The translations under genes were made by a program, and so were the position numbers. A stretch of DNA of 64,000 nucleotides, taken from assembly GCF_036365525.1 (NCBI RefSeq), contig NC_090378.1:122125593-122189592 (forward strand), read 5' to 3'. The notes under the pieces were generated by a model. The model saw nothing but the letters and a program-made list of their open reading frames with translations, had not been told where the DNA came from and made no database searches. Each line of letters starts with the position of its first letter. Within the stretch, counting starts at the first letter, position 1. Shown piece after piece: positions 52,301 to 64,000 of the stretch. Source of the stretch: Heterodontus francisci. Taxonomy: Eukaryota.

Positions 52301-55300
52301 ACAGACTGGATTGTGAAGTGTGATGTACCTGAGTACACAGACTGGATTGTGAAGTGTGATGTTCCTGAGTACACAGACTGGATTGTGAAGTGTGATGTAC
52401 TTGAGTACACAGACTGGATTGTGAAGTGTGATGTACCTGAGTACACAGACTGGATTGTGAAGTGTGATGTACCTGAGTACACGGACTGGATTGTGAAGTG
52501 TGATGTACCTGAGTACACAGAATGGATTGTGAAGTGTGATGTCCCTGAGTACACAGACCGGATTGTGAAGTGTGATGTACCTGAGTACACAGACTGGATT
52601 GTGAAGTGTAATGTATCGGAGTACACAGACTGGATTGTGAAGTGTGATATACCTGAGTACACAGACTGGATTGTGAAGTGTGATGTGCCTGAGTACACAG
52701 ACTGGATTGTGAAGTGTGATGTACCTGAGTACACAGAATGGATTGTGAAGTGTGATGTACCTGAGTACACAGACTGGATTGTGAAGTGTGATGTTCCTGA
52801 GTACACAGACTGGATTGTGAAGTGTGATGTACCTGAGTACACAGACTGGATTGTGAAGTGTGATGTACCTGAGTACACAGAATGGATTATGAAGTGTGAT
52901 GTACCTGAGTACACGGACTGGATTGTGAAGTGTGATGTACCTGAGGACACAGAATGGATTGTGAAGTGTGATGTACCTGAGAACAGGGACTGGGTTGTGA
53001 AGTGTGATGTACCTGAGTACACAGACTGGATTGTGAAGTGTGATGTACCTGAGTGCACAGACTGGATTGTGAAGTGTGATGTACCTGAGTACACAGACGG
53101 GATTGTGAAGTGTGATGTACCTGAGTACACAGACTGGATTGTGAAGTGTGATGTACCTGAGAACACGGACTGGATTGTGAAGTGTGATGTACCTGAGTAC
53201 ACAGAGTGGATTGTGAAGTGTGATGTACCTGAGTACACAGACTGGATTGTGAAGTGTGATGTACCTGAGTACACAGACCGGATTGTGAAGTGTGATGTAC
53301 CTGAGAACACGGACTGGATTGTGAAGTGTGATGTACCTGAGTACACAGACTGGATTGTGAAGTGTCATGTACCTGAGTACACAGACTGGATTGTGAAGTG
53401 TGTTGTACCTGAGTACACAGACGGGATTGTGAAGTGTGATGTACCTGAGTACACAGACCGGATTGTGAAGTGTGATGTACCTGAGAACACGGACTGGATT
53501 GTGAAGTGTGATGTACCTGAGTACACAGACTGGATTGTGAAGTGTCATGTACTGAGTACACAGACTGGATTGTGAAGTGTCATGTACCTGAGTACACAGA
53601 CTGGATTGTGAAGTGTGTTGTACCTGAGTACACAGACTGGATTGTGAAGTGTGTTGTACCTGAGTACACAGACGGGATTGTGAAGTGTGATGTACCTGAG
53701 TACACAGACCGGATTGTGAAGTGTGATCTACCTGAGAACACGGACTGGATTGTGAAGTGTGATGTACCTGAATACACAGAATGGATTGTGAAGTGTGATG
53801 TACCTGAGTACACAGACTGGATGGTGAAGTGTGATGTACCTGAGTATACAGACTGGATTGTGAAGTGTGATGTACCTGAGTACACAGACTGGATTGTGAA
53901 GTGTGATGTAACTGAGTACTCAGACAGAATTGTGAAGTGTGATGTACCTGAGTACACAGAGTGGATTGTGAAGCGTGATGTACCCGAGTACACAGACTGG
54001 ATTGTGAAGTGTGATGTACCTGAGTACACAGACTGGATTGTGAAGTGTGATGTACCTGAGAACACAGCCCGGATTGTGTAGAGTGATGTACCTGAGTACA
54101 CAGAATGGATTGTGAAGTGTGATGTACCTGAGTACACAGACTGGATTGCGAAGTGTGATGTACCTGTGTACACAGACTGGATTGCGAAGTGTGATGTACC
54201 TGAGGACACAGTCTGGTTTGTGAAGTGTTATATACCTGAGTACACAGACTGGATTGTGAAGTGTGATGTACCTGAGTACACAGACTGGATTGTGAAGTGT
54301 GATGTTCCTGAGTACACAGACTGGATTGTGAAGTGTGATGTACTTGAGTACACAGACTGGATTGTGAAGTGTGATGTACCTGAGTACACAGACTGGATTG
54401 TGAAGTGTGATGTACCTGAGTACACGGACTGGATTGTGAAGTGTGATGTACCTGAGTACACAGAATGGATTGTGAAGTGTGATGTCCCTGAGTACACAGA
54501 CCGGATTGTGAAGTGTGATGTACCTGAGTACACAGACTGGATTGTGAAGTGTAATGTATCGGAGTACACAGACTGGATTGTGAAGTGTGATATACCTGAG
54601 TACACAGACTGGATTGTGAAGTGTGATGTGCCTGAGTACACAGACTGGATTGTGAAGTGTGATGTACCTGAGAACACGGACTGGATTGTGAAGTGTGATG
54701 TACCTGAGTACACAGAGTGGATTGTGAAGTGTGATGTACCTGAGTACACAGACTGGATTGTGAAGTGTGATGTACCTGAGTACACAGACTGGATTGTGAA
54801 GTGTCATGTACCTGAGTACACAGACTGGATTGTGAAGTGTGTTGTACCTGAGTACACAGACGGGATTGTGAAGTGTGATGTACCTGAGTACACAGACCGG
54901 ATTGTGAAGTGTGATCTACCTGAGAACACGGACTGGATTGTGAAGTGTGATGTACCTGAGTACACAGAATGGATTGTGAAGTGTGATGTACCTGAGTACA
55001 CAGACTGGATTGTGAAGTGTGATGTACCTGAGTCTCCAGACTGGATTGTGAAGTGTGATGTACCTGAGTACACAGACTGGATTGTGAAGTGTGATGTAAC
55101 TGAGTACTCAGACAGAATTGTGAAGTGTGATGTACCTGAGTACACAGAGTGGATTGTGAAGTGTGATGTACCTGAGTACACAGACTGGATTGTGAAGCGT
55201 GATGTACCCGAGTACACAGACTGGATTGTGAAGTGTGATGTACCTGAGTACACAGACTGGATTGTGAAGTGTGATGTACCTGAGAACACAGCCCGGATTG

Positions 55301-58300
55301 TGTAGAGTGATGTACCTGAGTACACAGAATGGATTGTGAAGTGTGATGTACCTGAGTACACAGACTGGATTGTGAAGTGTGATGTACCTGAGTACAGAGC
55401 CCGGATTGTGAAGAGTGATGTACCTGTGTACACAGACTGGATTACGAAGTGTGATGTACCTGAGTACACAGACTGGATTGCGAAGTGTGATGTACCTGTG
55501 TACACAGACTGGATTGCGAAGTGTGATGTACCTGAGGACACAGTCTGGTTTGTGAAGTGTTATATACCTGAGTACACAGACTGGATTGTGAAGTGTGATG
55601 TACCTGAGTACACAGACTGGATTGTGAAGTGTGATGTTCCTGAGTACACAGACTGGATTGTGAAGTGTGATGTACTTGAGTACACAGACTGGATTGTGAA
55701 GTGTGATGTACCTGAGTACACAGACTGGATTGTGAAGTGTGATGTACCTGAGTACACGGACTGGATTGTGAAGTGTGATGTACCTGAGTACACAGAATGG
55801 ATTGTGAAGTGTGATGTCCCTGAGTACACAGACCGGATTGTGAAGTGTGATGTACCTGAGTACACAGACTGGATTGTGAAGTGTAATGTATCGGAGTACA
55901 CAGACTGGATTGTGAAGTGTGATATACCTGAGTACACAGACTGGATTGTGAAGTGTGATGTGCCTGAGTACACAGACTGGATTGTGAAGTGTGATGTACC
56001 TGAGTACACAGAATGGATTGTGAAGTGTGATGTACCTGAGTACACAGACTGGATTGTGAAGTGTGATGTTCCTGAGTACACAGACTGGATTGTGAAGTGT
56101 GATGTACCTGAGTACACAGACTGGATTGTGAAGTGTGATGTACCTGAGTACACAGAATGGATTATGAAGTGTGATGTACCTGAGTACACGGACTGGATTG
56201 TGAAGTGTGATGTACCTGAGGACACAGAATGGATTGTGAAGTGTGATGTACCTGAGAACAGGGACTGGGTTGTGAAGTGTGATGTACCTGAGTACACAGA
56301 CTGGATTGTGAAGTGTGATGTACCTGAGTGCACAGACTGGATTGTGAAGTGTGATGTACCTGAGTACACAGACGGGATTGTGAAGTGTGATGTACCTGAG
56401 TACACAGACTGGATTGTGAAGTGTGATGTACCTGAGAACACGGACTGGATTGTGAAGTGTGATGTACCTGAGTACACAGAGTGGATTGTGAAGTGTGATG
56501 TACCTGAGTACACAGACTGGATTGTGAAGTGTGATGTACCTGAGTACACAGACCGGATTGTGAAGTGTGATGTACCTGAGAACACGGACTGGATTGTGAA
56601 GTGTGATGTACCTGAGTACACAGACTGGATTGTGAAGTGTCATGTACCTGAGTACACAGACTGGATTGTGAAGTGTGTTGTACCTGAGTACACAGACGGG
56701 ATTGTGAAGTGTGATGTACCTGAGTACACAGACCGGATTGTGAAGTGTGATGTACCTGAGAACACGGACTGGATTGTGAAGTGTGATGTACCTGAGTACA
56801 CAGACTGGATTGTGAAGTGTCATGTACTGAGTACACAGACTGGATTGTGAAGTGTCATGTACCTGAGTACACAGACTGGATTGTGAAGTGTGTTGTACCT
56901 GAGTACACAGACTGGATTGTGAAGTGTGTTGTACCTGAGTACACAGACGGGATTGTGAAGTGTGATGTACCTGAGTACACAGACCGGATTGTGAAGTGTG
57001 ATCTACCTGAGAACACGGACTGGATTGTGAAGTGTGATGTACCTGAATACACAGAATGGATTGTGAAGTGTGATGTACCTGAGTACACAGACTGGATGGT
57101 GAAGTGTGATGTACCTGAGTATACAGACTGGATTGTGAAGTGTGATGTACCTGAGTACACAGACTGGATTGTGAAGTGTGATGTAACTGAGTACTCAGAC
57201 AGAATTGTGAAGTGTGATGTACCTGAGTACACAGAGTGGATTGTGAAGCGTGATGTACCCGAGTACACAGACTGGATTGTGAAGTGTGATGTACCTGAGT
57301 ACACAGACTGGATTGTGAAGTGTGATGTACCTGAGAACACAGCCCGGATTGTGTAGAGTGATGTACCTGAGTACACAGAATGGATTGTGAAGTGTGATGT
57401 ACCTGAGTACACAGACTGGATTGCGAAGTGTGATGTACCTGTGTACACAGACTGGATTGCGAAGTGTGATGTACCTGAGGACACAGTCTGGTTTGTGAAG
57501 TGTTATATACCTGAGTACACAGACTGGATTGTGAAGTGTGATGTACCTGAGTACACAGACTGGATTGTGAAGTGTGATGTTCCTGAGTACACAGACTGGA
57601 TTGTGAAGTGTGATGTACTTGAGTACACAGACTGGATTGTGAAGTGTGATGTACCTGAGTACACAGACTGGATTGTGAAGTGTGATGTACCTGAGTACAC
57701 GGACTGGATTGTGAAGTGTGATGTACCTGAGTACACAGAATGGATTGTGAAGTGTGATGTCCCTGAGTACACAGACCGGATTGTGAAGTGTGATGTACCT
57801 GAGTACACAGACTGGATTGTGAAGTGTAATGTATCGGAGTACACAGACTGGATTGTGAAGTGTGATATACCTGAGTACACAGACTGGATTGTGAAGTGTG
57901 ATGTGCCTGAGTACACAGACTGGATTGTGAAGTGTGATGTACCTGAGTACACAGAATGGATTGTGAAGTGTGATGTACCTGAGTACACAGACTGGATTGT
58001 GAAGTGTGATGTTCCTGAGTACACAGACTGGATTGTGAAGTGTGATGTACCTGAGTACACAGACTGGATTGTGAAGTGTGATGTACCTGAGTACACAGAA
58101 TGGATTATGAAGTGTGATGTACCTGAGTACACGGACTGGATTGTGAAGTGTGATGTACCTGAGGACACAGAATGGATTGTGAAGTGTGATGTACCTGAGA
58201 ACAGGGACTGGGTTGTGAAGTGTGATGTACCTGAGTACACAGACTGGATTGTGAAGTGTGATGTACCTGAGTACACAGACTGGATTGTGAAGTGTGATGT

Positions 58301-61300
58301 ACCTGAGTACACAGACGGGATTGTGAAGTGTGATGTACCTGAGTACACAGACTGGATTGTGAAGTGTGATGTACCTGAGAACACGGACTGGATTGTGAAG
58401 TGTGATGTACCTGAGTACACAGAGTGGATTGTGAAGTGTGATGTACCTGAGTACACAGACTGGATTGTGAAGTGTGATGTACCTGAGTACACAGACCGGA
58501 TTGTGAAGTGTGATGTACCTGAGAACACGGACTGGATTGTGAAGTGTGATGTACCTGAGTACACAGACTGGATTGTGAAGTGTCATGTACCTGAGTACAC
58601 AGACTGGATTGTGAAGTGTGTTGTACCTGAGTACACAGACGGGATTGTGAAGTGTGATGTACCTGAGTACACAGACCGGATTGTGAAGTGTGATGTACCT
58701 GAGAACACGGACTGGATTGTGAAGTGTGATGTACCTGAGTACACAGACTGGATTGTGAAGTGTCATGTACCTGAGTACACAGACTGGATTGTGAAGTGTC
58801 ATGTACCTGAGTACACAGACTGGATTGTGAAGTGTGTTGTACCTGAGTACACAGACTGGATTGTGAAGTGTGTTGTACCTGAGTACACAGACGGGATTGT
58901 GAGGTGTGATGTACCTGAGTACACAGACCGGATTGTGAAGTGTGATCTACCTGAGAACACGGACTGGATTGTGAAGTGTGATGTACCTGAATACACAGAA
59001 TGGATTGTGAAGTGTGATGTACCTGAGTACACAGACTGGATGGTGAAGTGTGATGTACCTGAGTATACAGACTGGATTGTGAAGTGTGATGTACCTGAGT
59101 ACACAGACTGGATTGTGAAGTGTGATGTAACTGAGTACTCAGACAGAATTGTGAAGTGTGATGTACCTGAGTACACAGAGTGGATTGTGAAGCGTGATGT
59201 ACCCGAGTACACAGACTGGATTGTGAAGTGTGATGTACCTGAGTACACAGACTGGATTGTGAAGTGTGATGTACCTGAGAACACAGCCCGGATTGTGTAG
59301 AGTGATGTACCTGAGTACACAGAATGGATTGTGAAGTGTGATGTACCTGAGTACACAGACTGGATTGTGAAGTGTGATGTACCTGAGTACAGAGCCCGGA
59401 TTGTGAAGAGTGATGTACCTGTGTACACAGACTGGATTACGAAGTGTGATGTAACTGAGTACACAGACTGGATTGCGAAGTGTGATGTACCTGTGTACAC
59501 AGACTGGATTGCGAAGTGTGATGTACCTGAGGACACAGTCTGGTTTGTGAAGTGTTATATACCTGAGTACACAGACTGGATTGTGAAGTGTGATGTACCT
59601 GAGTACACAGACTGGATTGTGAAGTGTGATGTTCCTGAGTACACAGACTGGATTGTGAAGTGTGATGTACTTGAGTACACAGACTGGATTGTGAAGTGTG
59701 ATGTACCTGAGTACACAGACTGGATTGTGAAGTGTGATGTACCTGAGTACACGGACTGGATTGTGAAGTGTGATGTACCTGAGTACACAGAATGGATTGT
59801 GAAGTGTGATGTCCCTGAGTACACAGACCGGATTGTGAAGTGTGATGTACCTGAGTACACAGACTGGATTGTGAAGTGTGATGTATCGGAGTACACAGAC
59901 TGGATTGTGAAGTGTGATATACCTGAGTACGCAGACTGGATTGTGAAGTGTGATGTGCCTGAGTACACAGACTGGATTGTGAAGTGTGATGTACCTGAGT
60001 ACACAGAATGGATTGTGAAGTGTGATGTACCTGAGTACACAGACTGGATTGTGAAGTGTGATGTTCCTGAGTACACAGACTGGATTGTGAAGTGTGATGT
60101 ACCTGAGTACACAGACTGGATTGTGAAGTGTGATGTACCTGAGTACACAGAATGGATTATGAAGTGTGATGTACCTGAGTACACGGACTGGATTGTGAAG
60201 TGTGATGTACCTGAGTACACAGAATGGATTGTGAAGTGTGATGTACCTGAGTACACAGACTGGATTGTGAAGTGTGATGTATCTGAGTACACAGACTGGA
60301 TTGTGAAGTGTGATGTACCTGAGTACACAGACTGGATTGTGAAGTGTGATGTATCTGAGTACACAGACTGGATTGTGAAGTGTGATGTACCTGAGTACAC
60401 AGAATGGATTGTGAAGTGTGATGTACCTGTGTACACAGACCGGATTGTGAAGTGTGATGTATCTGAGTACACAGAATGGATTGTGAAGTGTGATGTACCT
60501 GAGTATAGAGACTGGATTGTGAAGTGTGATGTACCTGAGTACACAGACTGGATTGTGAAGTGTGATGTACCTGAGTACACAGACCGGATTGTGAAGTGTG
60601 ATGTACCTGAGTACACAGAATGGATTGTGAAGTGTGATGTACCTGAGTACACAGACTGGATTGTGAAGTGTGATGTTCCTGAGTACACAGAATGGATTGT
60701 GAAGTGTGATGCACCTGAGTACACAGACCGGATTGTGAAGTGTGATGTACCTGAGTACACAGACTGGATTGTGAAGTGTGATGTATCGGAGTACACAGAC
60801 TGGATTGTGAAGTGTGATATACCTGAGTACACAGACTGGATTGTGAAGTGTGATGTACCTGAGAACACGGACTGGATTGTGAAGTGTGATGTACCTGAGT
60901 ACACAGAGTGGATTGTGAAGTGTGATGTACCTGACTACACAGACTGGATTGTGAAGTGTGATGTACCTGAGTACACAGAATGGATTGTGAAGTGTGATGT
61001 ACCTGAGTACAGAGACTGGATTGTGAAGTGTGATGTACCTGAGTACACAGACTGGATTGTGAAGTGTGATGCACCTGAGTACACAGACGGGATTGCGAAG
61101 TGTGATGTACCTGAGTACACAGACTGGATTGTGAAGTGTGATTTTCCTGAGTACACAGACTGGATTGTGAAGTGTGATTTTCCTGAGTACACAGACTGGA
61201 TTGTGAAGTGTGATGTACCTGAATACACGGACTGGATTGCGAAGTGTGATGTACCTGGGAACACAGACTGGATTGTGAAGTGTGATGTACCTGAGTACAC

Positions 61301-64000
61301 AGACTGGACTGTGAAGTGTGATGTACCTGAGTACACAGACCGGATTGTGACGTGTGATGTACCTGAGTACACGGACAGGATTGCGAAGTGTGATGTACCT
61401 GAGTACACAGACTGGATTGTGAAGTGTGATTTTCCTGAGTACACAGACTGGATTGTGAAGTGTGATTTTCCTGAGTACACAGACTGGATTGTGAAGTGTG
61501 ATGTACCTGAATACACGGACTGGATTGCGAAGTGTGATGTACCTGGGAACACAGACTGGATTGTGAAGTGTGATGTACCTGAGTACACAGACTGGACTGT
61601 GAAGTGTGATGTACCTGAGTACACAGACCGGATTGTGACGTGTGATGTACCTGAGTACACGGACAGGATTGCGAAGTGTGATGTACCTGAGTACACAGTC
61701 TGGATTGTGAAGTGTGATGTACCTGAGCACACAGACCGGATTGTGAAGTGTGATGTACACGAGTACACAGATTGGATTGTGAAGGGTGATGTATCTGTGT
61801 ACACAGACTGGATTGTGAAGTGTGATGTTCCTGATTACACAGACTGATTGTGAAGTGTGATGTACCTGTGTACACAGACTGGATTGTGAAGTGTGATGTA
61901 CCTGAGTACACAGACCGGATTGTGAAGTGTGATGTACATGAGTACACAGTCAGGTTTGTGAAGTGTTATATACCTGAGCACACAGACTGGATTGTGAAGT
62001 GTGATGTTCCTGAGTACACAGACTGGATTGTGAAGTGTGATGTACCTGGGTACACAGACCGGATTGTGAAGTGTGATGTACATGAGTACACAGTCAGGTT
62101 TGTGAAGTGTTATATACCTGAGTACACCGACTGGATTGTGAAGTGTGATGTTCCTTAGTACACAGACTGGATTGTGAAGTGTGATGTACTTGAGTACACA
62201 GACTGGATTGTGAAGTGTGATGTACCTGAGTACACAGACTGGATTGTGAAGTGTGATGTACCTGAGTACACGGACTGGATTGTGAAGTGCGATGTACCTG
62301 AGTACACAGAATGGATTGTGAAGTGTGATGTACTTGAGTACACAGACTGGATTGTGAAGTGTGATGTACCTGAGTACACAGACTGGATTGTGAAGTGTGA
62401 TGTACCTGAGTACACGGACTGGATTGTGAAGTGTGATGTACCTGAGTACACAGAATGGATTGTGAAGTGTGATGTCCCTGAGTACACAGACCGGATTGTG
62501 TAGTGTGATGTACCTGAGTACACAGACTGGATTGTGAAGTGTGATGTATCGGAGTACACAGACTGGATTGTGAAGTGTGATATACCTGAGTACACAGACT
62601 GGATTGTGAAGTCTGATGTACCTGAGTACACAGACTGGATTGTGAAGTGTGATGTACCTGAGTACACTGAATGGATTGTGAAGTGTGATGTACCTGAGTA
62701 CACAGACTGGATTGTGAAGTGTGATGTTCCTGAGTACACAGACTGGATTGTGAAGTGTGATGTACCTGAGTACACAGACTGGATTGTGAAGTGTGATGTA
62801 CCTGAGTACACAGAATGGATTGTGAAGTGTGATGTACCTGAGTACACGGACTGGATTGTGAAGTGTGATGGACCTTAGTACACAGAATGGATTGTGAAGT
62901 GTGATGTACCTGAGTACACAGACCGGATTGTGAAGTGTGATGTATCTGAGTACACAGACTGGATTGTGAAGTGTGATGTACCTGAGTACACAGACTGGAT
63001 TGTGAAGTGTGATGTATCTGAGTACACAGACTGGATTGTGAAGTGTGATGTACCTGAGTACACAGAATGGATTGTGAAGTGTGATGTACCTGAGTACACA
63101 GACCGGATTGTGAAGTGTGATGTATCTGAGTACACAGAATGGATTGTGAAGTGTGATGTACCTGAGTACACAGACTGGACTGTGAAGTGTGATGTACCTG
63201 AGTACACAGACCGGATTGTGAAGTGCGATGTACACGAGTACACAGATTGGATTGTGAAGTGTGATGTACCTGAATACACGGACTGGATTGCGAAGTGTGA
63301 TGTACCTGAGAACACAGACTGGATTGTGAAGTGTGATGTACCTGAGTACACAGACGGGACTGTGAAGTGTGATGTACCTGAGTACACAGACCGGATTGTG
63401 ACGTGTGATGTACCTGAGTACACGGACAGGATTGCGAAGTGTGATGTACCTGAGTACACAGTCTGGATTGTGAAGTGTGATGTACCTGAGCACACAGACC
63501 GGATTGTGAAGTTTGATGTACACGAGTACACAGATTGGATTGTGAAGGGTGATGTATCTGTGTACACAGACTGGATTGTGAAGTGTGATGTTCCTGATTA
63601 CACAGACTGGATTGTGAAGTGTGATGTACCTGTGTACACAGACTGGATTGTGAAGTGTGATGTACCTGAGTACACAGACCGGATTGTGAAGTGTGATGTA
63701 CATGAGTACACAGTCAGGTTTGTGAAGTGTTATATACCTGAGCACACAGACTGGATTGTGAAGTGTGATGTTCCTGAGTACACAGACTGGATTTTGAAGT
63801 GTGATGTACCTGGGTACACAGACCGGATTGTGAAGTGTGATGTACATGAGTACACAGTCAGGTTTGTGAAGTGTTATATACCTGAGTACACCGACTGGAT
63901 TGTGAAGTGTGATGTTCCTTAGTACACAGACTGGATTGTGAAGTGTGATGTACTTGAGTACACAGACTGGACTGTGAAGTGTAATGTACCTGAGTACACA
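46365..64000. repeat. 36-bp tandem satellite array (about 490 units; continues beyond the window end)
   Basis: Consensus gattgtgaagtgtgatgtacctgagtacacagactg, with 12-aa periodicity (IVKCDVPEYTDW etc.) in several frames on both strands. Confidence 0.99.

Noticed and set aside
46279-63922. Very long ORFs (up to 1479 aa) suggesting repeat proteins
   Set aside because: The 36-bp unit is a multiple of 3 and stop-free in several frames on both strands. Stops and frameshifts are scattered and copied with the array, and there are no splice or unique domains.

Overview
Eukaryotic, repeat-dense DNA from a cartilaginous fish (shark-type CR1 LINEs, V-SINE/HE1 and Deu-type SINEs, Tx1, Gypsy, hAT and Harbinger remnants). 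The only host gene I can support is part of an immunoglobulin light-chain cluster of the kappa (type III/NS4) class on the + strand. It consists of an unrearranged J segment (12014-12048) with a 23-bp-spacer RSS, a 7.7-kb intron, and an intact constant exon (19764-20092) that splices in frame to J. No V segment or leader is visible in the 12 kb upstream or the 44 kb downstream, although a 161-N assembly gap at 10258-10418 could hide one. About half of the window is three tandem arrays with 61-, 45- and 36-bp units, which show higher-order duplications. These arrays explain nearly all the long ORFs in the track. Points most worth following up: the missing or distant V; an RSS-like heptamer-23-nonamer motif in each unit of the upstream 61-bp array; a solo LTR in the J-C intron carrying a perfect octamer and a kappaE2-type E-box; and a diverged second copy of a J-C intron segment 27.5 kb downstream. 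Family assignments come from motif recognition only, without database searches.
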